Shown here piece by piece: positions 1 to 11,782 of a stretch of 64,000 bases of DNA. Each line of letters starts with the position of its first letter. Position 1 is the stretch's first letter. This DNA comes from Fimbriosthenelais zetlandica (lineage: Eukaryota), in NCBI GenBank assembly GCA_977030845.1, contig OZ365109.1:52700001-52764000 (forward strand), written 5' to 3'. Both the position numbers and the translations under genes were made by a program. The notes under the pieces were generated by a model that was given only the letters and a program-made list of their open reading frames with translations, searched no databases and had not been told where the DNA came from.

Positions 1-997
1 ACAGACACACCTGTGTATTATTAGAGTTACCCCATCACATCATAGGCGATAAGCGCTGATAAGAATGGGGCTTCAGTAAAATCACGTAGGCCTATACCGA
101 TAGGCCTACCGATGATAGGCCCCTATATAGATCTATATTGATACAGGCTATAGCCTATATAGGCTATAGAACTTAGAAGTACCGGTACCGGTACCGGGAT
201 TCACTTTTTGCATTAGCCTAAAAACAAATAGGCCTACCCGGTAGGCCTATAGGCCTAGATGCATCTAGCCGAGAAAGGGCCCACGTAGGCCTACCATATA
301 TAGGCCTATGCCTACAGTAAGCCTACCAACGAGACTTTCTCAGCTAGCTAGACAAATGATCGGCTCAACTCAACTCAAGCCTCAAGCCAGTCAAGGGGTG
401 AATAATATTCATGTACGGTACCAATGGATTTGTTTTTAGGCTTTCGATAATCGGTACGCTATGTGAATTTACATATTCTAGTTTCGTTGGGCCTACAGAT
501 GAGTAGGCCTATATAGCCTGCCTACAGTACACATGACATCTAGCCTACAATCTACAGTGATCTGCAGTTACTGTAGCCGACACTACATGCTACAGCACAG
601 GGTTTGTATATTATGATCAATGAATGATAGTATCAGTGACTAGCCTACATTGAACCCATCAACATCAAAGTGACCTGAGTTTGAGACTGACATTACAAGT
701 TTCTCCCACTTATTATGGCAACTTTGAGAACTACAGATAATAGATGAATACGGCATTACTATGACACTTCAAAAAACATTATTAAGTTACTTTTAAGTAG
801 AAGAAATCCTGCTGGCTCCCTGGTCCTACTCTCCTCCACGTGCTGTCCGTGCTCCTCGTGTTGACCCGTCTCGCAACGTGTCGCGCGACCTGCCACCAAC
901 CGGCAAAAAGTGAAACTGAGCTTCCCTGGTGAGCAAAACGTGAACTAAACCAAAATGGCGGCCACCGTCTGCTAGAGTCTTGGGGTAACAGTCCTAC

Positions 998-1038
998 CAA
1001 AGATAGTTGAGAATAAGATACCCAACTCCGCCACTTCC
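998..1038 (+). repeat. Left terminal inverted repeat of the P-like element, preceded by TSD GTCCTAC (991-997)
   Basis: Reverse complement of 7188-7228 with 4 mismatches in 41 bp. Confidence 0.92.
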
Positions 1039-1093
1039 TGCGTGCAAGCACCGACGGTAGCGCCATCTAGCAGGGCCTTGGTTCCGCGTCAAA

Positions 1094-4000
1094 ATGGAGG
1101 CGAAGCAGCGGCTTCGGAAAGGTGGACGGCATTGTGCCGCCATCAACTGTATTCACAGCGACAGGAGGAACCTTGGGATGACATTTTTTAGTTTCCCGAA
1201 GGATTTAGAAAGGTAAGGCATTGACAATTATCCTGTTTTCACGATGAGTATTGTTTTTATGTGAGAATAAACATGAGCGGACATGAGCGATAATATGTGA
1301 TTTAAGCGAGTTCCCGCCGCTCTGAGAAAGGACTTTTGGATCTATATCTGGTTGAATTTGTCTTTTGGAAATCATTAACCCATAACATGCAACTTGCATC
1401 GAATATGAATCATATGTAGACGATTAATAAGCAAAAGAGTGATATAAATCATTCGGTACTAGCTTGCCAGACTGTCTTTTATGTTGCCAACAACATTGAC
1501 AATGACATTGGCATGCCACGCCCACAAAATCAGACCAAGACATTGCGACTTGAGCCTTTTGTACAGCTTTAAATATTTTTACAGAAACATCGGATTAATA
1601 TTGATGGTTATGAGGTACTTGACATTTAAAATAAATAAATTTCAGATGTAAAAAGTGGGTTATCAACAGCCGCCGACAGGACCTCGAGAAAGTGCCACTG
1701 GAGCGTCTCCACAAATCTTACGTTTTTTGTCCAGGTCAGTGCCCGCCCAACTTAGTAATTTTGTTTTGTCATTAGCTGTGATTTTGAACACTCTTGTCCT
1801 TTACCCGAAATGGTAGCAATTCTTAATAGATCTATATAACTATATTATCACAGTTCCTTAATTATTTTAATACGTCTGTTAATACATAGTTAATACATCG
1901 TAGGTAGACACTATGTATTCATTGTACTGGTAATGCTTTACCATCTATTCCACAGATCATTTTGAGGAATGCTATTTCTATAACGCCCAGGACAAGAAGA
2001 AGTTGTTGAAGTGGGCTGTACCCACCCTGTTTAATTTGCCAAATGCCCCAGCCACAGTGACAATGAAACGCCCAGCCCCACCTCTGAGATCTATTCCACA
2101 GAAGAAGCCAAAACAGGTATCTAGTCCTCTATTTCCGCCCAATTGCAGTTAGTGATTTTGGAATGGACATTATTATTAAGAAAAGAAAAGAATGATTTGA
2201 AGAAAAGAATTTTTAGAAGTCTGCTTTGTAGGGATGACTAGGGTAGTGGGGTGGTATTTTAACGCAGAAATGAACAAATGTGTTCATATACCGGTAGTGA
2301 TATACGTGGTCTGTCATGGCTAGGCAATTGATAATGCCGGATATCATTCTCTTACAATTATGAAAGAAATCGAACCGGGTTTATGAATTAAACGTTTTGC
2401 TAAATTTGCGTTCAGATTGAAGATGTGGCGTCCATGACGGTGGAACCAAGCCAGGAGGTGTCTGAACCATCACTGCCACAGGATTTTGGTGAGTATCTGT
2501 GATGAGTCACAGTGTCAATTCTATAATCATCTTCATGCATATCAGACGATGTAAGAATGATAATGATAACCGATGGTTAATATTTTTGTTTAAAGAAATA
2601 AGAAATTTGAAAAGAAAAAACAATCGCCTCCGCATGCAGGTAACCTAAGTGAAATAGAAATTTACATGTTGATTTTATTCGCATTTAAATAGCTCACTGT
2701 TGAGCGTTGTTGTTTCGTTGTTGGTTTGTTGAACCATTCTTGTTGAACATTTGCTTTAATATTTTGGCGGATTTTTGTAATAGGATTATGATTCTTTGGC
2801 CTCGTCTTAATGATCAAGGCTTCTCAGGCCATTATGGTGGTACTCCAGACAGTCACATACACAGTTTTTGGTAGTTCACACAATTTAATTTATTTCTACG
2901 GTCATAGAACTAGACCTTATTTTTTACCTTTAATTGTAAAACAATTTTTGGGTTAAAATAAATGACCTGTGATTGTATCACATGAATAGAACTAGCACAT
3001 TTCTTACTTGACAAATCATCATAAAATTTAGTTTGTAATGCAAGGTTTCATGTAATGCAGGTTTGCAGATTAAAGAACCAACCGAGGGCAAAGGCAGTAA
3101 AAACGGCCAGGAAAGTATCCGCAAAGATTGCTGCCAAGAGGAGGATACAGGATCTCCGGGTTCGTTTGGCCGAATTTTTACAAGGGACAGCGCTAGATTT
3201 TGTCATGGCACAAATATCTATGTCTGGGCGTACAGGCAAAGGTACAGTCTTTGTTTTTTTTCGAATTTACTGTTAAAAATCTATGTAATCTAAGTTGGGA
3301 GAAAAAATTGCCATGTAAAGTGTCGAAGTACTTAACCTGTTTTATATTGAATTTAATTTAGCCTTGGGTTCTAATTATAAACAGGTCGGAGGTGGACAGC
3401 ACAAGAGAAGGCATTCTCCCTTTCCCTGCTTCACACAAGTCCTAAAGCGTACAGGCTGCTGCGCAAAGTGTTTGCGCTGCCATCGCCATCAACTCTAAAG
3501 AAGGCGATGGCAAACATCAACATCCGTCCTGGAATAAATGAAAACATCTTAGAAGCACTAAGACTGCGTACATCAGGCATGGATGCCAAGGATAAGTTGG
3601 TGTGTTTGACATTCGATGAAATGTCAATCCGTGAGGCCTTGTCCTATGACAGGAGACTTGATGCTGTAGAGGGATTCCAGCACTTGGTTACCACCAGTCA
3701 TGAGGTAGCCAACCATGCGCTAGTTTTTATGACCAGAGGACTTTTCTCTAAGTGGAAGCAGCCTATAGCTTTCTACCTAGCAAGTGGGAATGTCAGTGGT
3801 GAGAACCAAAAAACACTAGTAATTGAATGTATAGAGAAGCTGAAAAGCATCGGCCTGACGACAATGGTGTGTGTTAGTGACCAGGGTACAAACAACCAGT
3901 GTCTATACAGGTTGTTGGGCATCACACCGGAGAGGCCATACTTTGAACATGACGGCAACAAGATCTATGCCATGTTTGATCCACCACACCTCCTCAAAAA

Positions 4001-5852
4001 TACCCGTAACAATATGAAAAAACATGGCTACTCTGTGGATGGTCATGATGTCTTATGGAGTCACATACAACAGTTCTATGAGCAGGACAGCAGCAAGCCC
4101 ATACGGATGGCACCCAAGCTCACCCACACACATCTCAATTTGCCTCCCTTCAAAGACCTCCGTGTTAATCTGGCAGCACAAGTTCTAAGCCATACAGTGG
4201 CGTCTGGTATGGCATTGATGGCCCAGTGGAATATAATCACTGGTAAGAGTTATCAACTTTCTTTTTAAAGCATATTTCCAATATTCCGTTTGTAATGTAA
4301 TTAACAGAATTAAGTATAATTTCTGACCATCAGTGTAATTTTATTTGTGCTTTGTAAAAGGTAAACATTAATACCTACTGGCACGTGATTGGTTTTCTAT
4401 GTTTTCAGAGGATGCCAAGTACACTGCTCAATTCATTGAAAACATCGACCAGCTGTTCAACAGTCTTAACAGCTCAAGCCCATGCAGCAAGTCGGCTATG
4501 AACCATGCCATCAGCCCGACTTCTGGTCATGTCGCGTTCCTGGAGGAGATGGGCAAATGGATCCAGTCAGTCAAGTCTAAAAGTACGTTAAGCCAGGCAT
4601 ATTACCTATTTAATACCTTCCCTTCGTTGTCAGTTCAATTTCAGAATAATTTTAGGGAATGATTCTTGTCAAACATGACTTTGTCATTCATTATTTGGAT
4701 AATCATTAGCTGATTGGAATTTTTTTCCAATTTACAGGTTCGAGGCAGCCAGCCTGTCTGAAAGGATGGATCATGGCCATCAACTGTGTGCTGCAGCTGT
4801 GGGATACCCTCCACAATCAGCACGGTTTCCAGTACCTTTGCACCAACAGAATCAACCAGGACTGTGTGGAAAATCTGTTTGGTGCCATACGTGCCAAGGG
4901 AGCTGGACATGACAATCCAGATGCTCAACAATTTCGTGCTGCCCTGTCACAGGTGTGTACCTACTGCATATATTATATTATTTGGGTGCCGGTGGGTTCC
5001 TCCAATTTGTATATTTTGAACGAAATGTATGCTCTTGCACTGTTTACTATCTATCAATGTAATTTAGAGTTTATTATTAGTCTTAGAATCATGTGAAGAA
5101 ATCATGTCTAAGTTTATCAAATCCATGTCATTTTCCAGATAATGGTGGACAGTGTTCTCACCCCCGTAACCAACTCTAACTGCGAGCAGGATGTAGACGA
5201 CTTCCTGCTGTGTCTGGGATCGATGTCGACCAGAACTGGAACCTCTGCCAACCCTTTCATTTCCCCAACTATTTCATCTTACGAAACGTTATTGCAACAA
5301 CTACCTGCCCCTGTGAAAAATTTGCTTTCCGTTTGTTCATTTCACACTATTTTAGTTCAGCCAGATGAAACTGATATGTCAATGCAGGAAGAGAATGTAA
5401 TTGCTTATATAGCAGGATATGTAGCACGAAAGTTAAGGGGTCGTGTTTGTATTAGTTGTTATGATAATTTAGTGCAGCAGGTTCCAGAGGGTAGTGCAGT
5501 CATGGATGATAATTTACAGTTCATCAACATGAAGAGTTTGGAAGGTGCTAAAGACGGACTGAAATATCCTAGCAGTGTGTTATTTGATACGATCAAGGGC
5601 ATAGAGAACGGATACCGAAAGATAATTGATGACAAGATATATTGCGAGAATGTCAAAGTAACATTGATTAATTCTCTGTCAAAGAAAGTAGCACTGGAAC
5701 CTTTGTATTGTTCTGCCTGTCACTGCCACACTGCCGTTGTCCATCTTATGGTAAATGTTCGTTTGCATCAGACCATGAAGGAAACAAACCGTGAACTAAT
5801 CCAGACAAAATCACGAAAGAATCGTAAGATAATAAAATTTGACCACAAGTAA
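1094..5852 (+). CDS. THAP-domain P-element transposase (THAP9-like), about 9 exons
   Basis: Exons 1094-1212, 1646-1734 and 1956-2116 splice at GT-AG sites into a THAP zinc finger (CAAINC...FFSFPKD...KKW...FCPDHF...WAVPTLF). Further exons are 2416-2488, about 3032-3241 (acceptor uncertain), 3385-4242, 4409-4582, 4738-4952 and 5139-5852. Catalytic-core motifs are FDEM, SDQG, DPPHLLK and NQDCVENLF. No premature stop was seen in the modelled exons. Confidence 0.92.
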
Positions 5853-6782
5853 TATTTTCAAATTAACTAGTATTTTTAGTGGTTTTCCTATACCGGTAGA
5901 CCTACTGTGAAACCTACTATAATGAATGCTTAATTGTTGTGCCTTGCAGCCTAGGCCTAGGCCTAATGGATCAGTGAAATTATCATAAGGAATTAATTCA
6001 ATTGTATGTAAATATAATAGATTTAATATGGTCTGAGAGCCTGGTATGGAAATCAAATTTAGCGTAGATCCTTCTATATAGATCATTTATTAATTTCCAA
6101 TTGATTTATAATCTACATCGAACATTTATGCCTATTAAAATAGGTGATCATGTAGGCTATATCTAAAATAAATACCGTACATAGGCCTAATGTATATTTA
6201 GTACGGTACCGTAAAGGTCTTGTATTTGCCATTTTTAAAAATGTATTACCGGTACCGGTACTTATCACATTTAGGTGATTCAGATACCAGATTGGCTAAT
6301 TTCCAAATGCAAATTTAGCCAAATGACAAAATAAATTACAAGAAAGCCTTCTTAATTATACCACAGCTTGAGTCAACTCTTGTCTATGATTAATCATATA
6401 GATTTCTATTGAATTTGGTTTGCAGCGGGTAAGAAAAATAATAGAATAAAAAAAGAATAAGGACTTGAAAATAATTTAATCCCATCTAGGGGCCTATAAA
6501 TCTAGCAGCATATCCTAACTAGGCCTATAGACACGGGCCTACAATCTATCACTATTCATGGTTGGCTTGCTGGTACCCTAGGCCATAGGTAGGCTGACTC
6601 TTATCTATGAGGTTTATAACGTTAGAACCCTCATCCATGGATCTGACTAGTAAATATCACGCTACCATAGCCATAGGCCTATTACGATATATCCTTGGTG
6701 GAGCCCTAAGAAATTCAGTCCCCTGTCATTGGCATTATCATGAATTTGCCTATATTGACTACATATTTGGGGATTCACTTTA

Positions 6783-6863
6783 TAATATAAGATAAATATA
6801 AGGCAAAATTCATCTCTAAAATAGTAATATAAGATAAATATAAGGCAAAATTCATCTCTAAAA
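6783..6863. repeat. About 42-bp tandem duplication inside the transposon 3' region
   Basis: taatataagataaatataaggcaaaattcatctctaaaa occurs twice in succession. Confidence 0.85.
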
Positions 6864-7187
6864 CAGTCCAGCTTCAGGGACAGGCCCTGACTCGCTGCAG
6901 ACACGCCCCTCCCCTGACTGAAGAGGCTGATCGCTATCCATATTTGCAGTGATAAATCAGTCAAATTCCATAAAATATATAGAAAACAGTTGCCTTACAA
7001 TGTATTAACAATCGTTCAGAAGCATGACAAAAACCGGAGTCGCAGATATGATAAAACATCGTGTAAACAATGGTGTAAACATGGATGTTTCCATGCTCAT
7101 CCATTGACAATGCATTGACGTTGCCGCGAGCGAACCAAGGCGCTCACAGGTGGCGCTACGATCGCGACGTGCACACGCCGCGCATAG

Positions 7188-7228
7188 GGAAGTGGCGGAG
7201 TTGGACATCTTATTGTCCACTATCTTTG
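7188..7228 (-). repeat. Right terminal inverted repeat of the P-like element, followed by TSD GTCCTAC (7229-7235)
   Basis: ggaagtggcggagttggacatcttattgtccactatctttg is the inverted copy of 998-1038. Confidence 0.92.
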
Positions 7229-7251
7229 GTCCTACTGTTCTCTGGATCATC

Positions 7252-7811
7252 ATGGAAGAAAGTGAGATCAGGTTGGTAAACAAATAGATGTTTTCTAAAA
7301 TTAAAAGTTCGATTATTAGAAACTAACATTTTCGGTGTTTCTGATAACACCTCGATCTTACCAGGCCAGGGCGGTGTCCAAACTCAGAGCTGCATGAGCC
7401 TCATGAGGGCATTGAGGCCATATCATTTACATTTATCTCAATGATGACACTGACCATAGAACTTTATAAGAATTATGCACAGACATGTTAAACTGACGTC
7501 ACTGTTGGTGTTACGGTACCGGGAACATATTATTTATTTAATTTTTAGCCCAGTAAAATCAGGACAGACGTTGCAACCAGCAGGAGATGGAGGTGGTGAT
7601 TCCCATATTCACACTCTCTTCACCCCAGCACCAAAGATGTCAGCTTCCAGTTCCAGGCCTGCACTGCAGCCAGATCCAGTCAGCCAATTCAAACCAATCA
7701 TGATTCCAGTGGATTTACACTCTACCAGTGGCACACGTCCAGGTAGGCCTAAGTTAGAAAAGTTTCAGTGAAAGTCCAGGAGACGTAGGCCTATACCCCC
7801 CACCCACTGCC

Positions 7812-7842
<31 letters not shown>

Positions 7843-10168
7843 AAAAAAATCTAGACCCGCAAAGAATCAAATTGTTATACCTCCTTTATTTAAATTACTG
7901 ATTAATGTTGGACTTTTCACAGACGTCAGGCCTACAGCTAGCACTAGTAGGCCTACTGGTAGCAGCCTGGAAGGGAAGATGGTGGAACAGACGTTAGAAA
8001 CAGTCCTCTTCCTGCCACAAGTCCTGTCTGAAGTGAGAACCAAACAAAAAGATCAAAGCAGCGAGATACAGAGACAGAAATACCTACTCAAGCAACTCCA
8101 GGTACGTTAGGCCTATACCGGTATATAATTCTATAAGAATAAACTAATAAAGAATTTCTATCAAGAGACGATACCGGTATGCCCACAATTGATTGATATG
8201 TCCCAATTTTGAATTAATATATATTTTTTTTCTTTTACAGAAAGAACTAGAGACAGGTAGGCTATTATATATATCGGTATGCTATTTACATTTGCAGAAA
8301 GATAATTAAAGGGGAAGAAAAAACTCTAGTATCATGTAATGTTTTATAAACAAAATCACTTGAATTATTTATCCTGAAACACAGGTAGAATATTTAACAA
8401 GTTATTTCAAGAAAACCTCTGCAGATCTCGGGATCAATGACGTCACTCACACTGCCAGTGGTGTCCTATGATGAATCTTATAAGCCTAATCTTTCCATTG
8501 CCGCCTATAAAGAGAATGTTGTTTATTATGTTGTACCGGTATCTGAAATGCACCAACGTTCTCTCTGTTAATTTCCCCTATTAAATTATTTTCAGCAAAA
8601 TGTATTTGTTCAAAACATGTGGTCTTATAGGCCTACTAAATAATTTTTGTAAAATTTTAGAAAAGATGAAAATAAATGAAATGTCTGATGAAAAGGCAAG
8701 TGTGAAGAGGAAGGTTTTCCTCACTGAAGAGGATATAATCACCAAGAAGTGTTCCTGTGGTCGACTTCAGAAAGGTACTAATCCATTATCTAATATATTA
8801 CAATGTAACCTTAGGCCTCTTATCTTTTCCTTTTGACTCAATATATTCATAGCTACTATTCATCTGTGTTATTACCGTTTTCTTTTGAAAATGGCACTGA
8901 TGTGAACCGATAGCGATCCCATATCGATCCTAAAAGAATTCTTTTAAAACTGCTCCCTATTTGTGGATAAGGCTACCTGTAATTTCCTTTATAGAGATAG
9001 ACGACCTCGTGGTAGAGAAAGAGATGATCGTAAGCGAAATCTTGGAATTAGATTCTAAGTGTGAACAAGATCTGAAAACATACACCCAATATAAATCCAA
9101 GATGGAGGAATTCTATAAGGTAAATAAACTGGAAGCGGTTTACTACATTGTGGTTCTAAAATTGGTCTGCGTGTTATTTTAAAAATCGAAAACAAAGCTT
9201 TAGGTAATTCTGAAGCTAATTTCTAAGTATGAATTACTTTTCATTCTTAAACGTTGAAGACAATTTCTGAAACGGAACCTTACACCTTGGAGAAGAAACA
9301 AATTGAAGAGGAAATCGAGAAACTTCGACTTCAAAGTGAGTTTTACACTCAAAGGTTATAGACGATAGATATAGCCTCGGCATACACGACTTCTGGATGA
9401 AAGGTCCTTTATTGGTCATGTGGTTCCAGATCTAAAAATGCTTCAATTTTATTTCACCGATAAAAAGCGAAGAATTTCCACACTGAAATGAATTTTAAGA
9501 TATAGTATCTCATGTTTTAATAGAGTATTTGAATTTCAATGCAGAAATATCGATTGGAAGTGAAAATAATATAGAAGAGATTCAGTCAGGTTGCCTCGAG
9601 CGCCGACTAGCTGAAGAACTCAGAACTATCAGAGAGGAACAGGAATTAAGAAAAGTGGATATTATGGAATGTGAAAATAAGGTAGGAAAAACTGTGTTCT
9701 ATACTGTTTGATTTCTGTTTCTATAATGTCAATCAGTCGGTTGGCAGACCTTGGTATTAACACCTTATTCATCATCTAATTACAGATCCAGTCAGAAAAG
9801 GAAAAACAACGGAAGATAAAGCAGGAGATGGAAGTATTGAAGGTAAAGTATCTATTTATATAACGAGGAACTATTTTAAATCGTCTGATATATATGTATG
9901 TCATATAATTATAAAATACGTATAATATTTCAAATATATTCCAAATTATCATATTATGTATGAAGGAAATTGTTGATAATAATTGTGATTGATAATGATA
10001 TTTAATAATATAATTTACGGTTATGTAATACATCATTTTCAGAAGAGAAACAATGCACAGATGACGAGGCTGAAAGCCCAGCTACGAGAAGCTCACACCA
10101 GACAGCGCTTCTTCAGTGAACAGGCCCTCCTGTTGGAGAACACCTTAGCTCAACTCCAAAATATATAA
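7252..10168 (+). CDS. CCDC122: Coiled-coil protein, CCDC122-like, about 10 exons
   Basis: Phase-consistent GT-AG exons at about 7252-7271, 7549-7742, 7923-8100, 8241-8256, 8661-8775, 8995-9120, 9260-9335, 9545-9681, 9787-9843 and 10042-10168. Peptides EIQRQKYLLKQLQKEL, KKCSCGRLQKEIDDL, YTQYKSKMEEF and EKEKQRKIKQEMEVLKKRNNAQMTRLKAQL align in order with my recollection of CCDC122. No search was run. Confidence 0.65.
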
Positions 10169-11230
10169 AACACATATATATTCAATATAAGTCATACAGT
10201 CAATATAAGGCACTAAATTCCCCCCTTGAGAGTTGGGGAAACGATAGTATATTATCATACGCCTTGGGATTACTATTATATGTGCACAATAATGATTATG
10301 CTCTGTAGAATTTTCCACGAAATATATATATTGATCATGAACTAACGCGTATATATGTTCCTTTCTTCCTTCTACATATATATTTGAATGATCTGTCCTA
10401 ATTATGCCTCACATCCATTCGACCTTACATAGAGTTCACATGGATCTTCTGGGTAAAAGATGACAATCCTAGATAAGACCGGAAAGGATAGGAACTAATA
10501 TAATAATTTTTTTTAATAGAAATGTCAGACTTTATAATGTAATCCTTCCCTTTTTTAGTGGGGAGGGGGGGTACAGCAACCCAAGAAAAGTTCAGCATAG
10601 CGCTGACTTCCAGAGTCCCTCAACGAAAGCAAATTAGGCCGATATTCTGTAAGGTACTGCCACCAGTGGACGATAGAGTAAGTAGCCCACAGGAGAGGAT
10701 CTGCAGCTTTTGCCAAACACTTGGTGTAAAGTTCTCTACTATATTAGCCAGCTATCATTTGTAGTGAAATCCAAATGTCAGGACTAGCCTACCTAGGAAA
10801 ATAACTACACCCAGTCCCCCGCCCACCAAATTAAAAAAAAAATTATTTCTGGTTTACTTGTATCCGTTATAGAGATGTATGGTCTCGTGGCCAAGAAGGA
10901 TATCGCGAAATCTTGGAAGTACAGTCAATGTTAACTCATGATGGATGCATTGTATCTGGTAAAAGAGGGTTTAGGACACCACTGCGGATTTAACAAATAA
11001 TCCATAACCATAACCACATTACAATAAGATGCACCATGATATAGATCTATCCACAAACACAGCATAAATGTTGGTCACTAACAAAACGCTACAACACAAA
11101 GTCAGTAAAAGTCAGTCAGTGAGGCCAATAATATGCTGGATTCGAGCTTCATACATCTTTCATGAATATTGATGATCAAATGCTCCTTGCGTGTAACTTG
11201 TCTATAGTCCTTACATTGCTAATAAAACAT

Positions 11231-11782
11231 TCAGCTGCTCAGGTCAGACGAGGTGGTTGGATGTGTTGACTGAAGTTCAGTTTCCCTTGTTTTCACATCC
11301 TCCTGTGCTACAGGCTTCGTTCTCTCCCTGGCCAGATTCATGGCTAAGAGAGACTGTCTGGAGAAGGGTCTAAAAGGTTTCCTGTTCTCCTCTACCCACT
11401 GCTCCCTCATGAAACCACAGCGGGGACAGAAGCAGTCCGGTTTCCATGGGGACTTTTCACCTGGCTTGGCGTTGGCACTGAATGTTATATCTAGATCATC
11501 AGCATGGATCTCCAAAATCCCGGTATGTGCTCCTGCACCATCACTTAATGTTTGATCCACCCTCACGGTGTCCCAACCAGTCTCCTTGGCTTCCACCACA
11601 ATTGGAGTACGTGGGGTGAGAATAGGAAGATAGCCTATCTTACACCTAGACACGGTATTTGTGTCTGTTCGCACTTGGAAAGAGAATTTTTCATACTGTT
11701 TTGGCATCCGATTTCTCTGACGCTGAAGTTTTGAAGAGAGATCTGGGATCGAAGATCCAAGTTGGGTCTTGTAAAGGCGACC
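11231..11782 (-). CDS. Unidentified terminal coding exon (183 aa plus stop)
   Basis: A tttcag acceptor at 11783-11788 is followed by an open frame GRLYKTQLG...CFCPRCGF...SSDLSS*, with GC content higher than the flanks. Candidate upstream exons (about 12144-12198 and 12565-12597) do not give a matching phase, so the model is incomplete. Confidence 0.4.
   Translation of the reverse strand, partial: GRLYKTQLGSSIPDLSSKLQRQRNRMPKQYEKFSFQVRTDTNTVSRCKIGYLPILTPRTPIVVEAKETGWDTVRVDQTLSDGAGAHTGILEIHADDLDITFSANAKPGEKSPWKPDCFCPRCGFMREQWVEENRKPFRPFSRQSLLAMNLARERTKPVAQEDVKTRETELQSTHPTTSSDLSS

Larger units (their letters stand above)
998..7228 (+). mobile_element. Full-length P-superfamily (Galileo-like) DNA transposon, 6231 bp
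   Basis: TIRs 998-1038 (caaagatagttgagaataagatacccaactccgccacttcc) and 7188-7228 match at 37/41. Termini are CAAAG...CTTTG. An identical 7-bp direct repeat GTCCTAC flanks the element (991-997, 7229-7235). Weaker subterminal inverted motifs (gtagcgcca, ccttggttc) lie at about 1057-1085 and 7132-7158. It encloses a THAP transposase gene. Confidence 0.93.

Noticed and set aside
782-1066. ORFs 782-1066 (-) and 7085-7279 (+) share the peptide KWRSWxSY..LSLV, suggesting paralogous genes
   Set aside because: The similarity is just the translated transposon TIRs. It stops exactly at the TSD.
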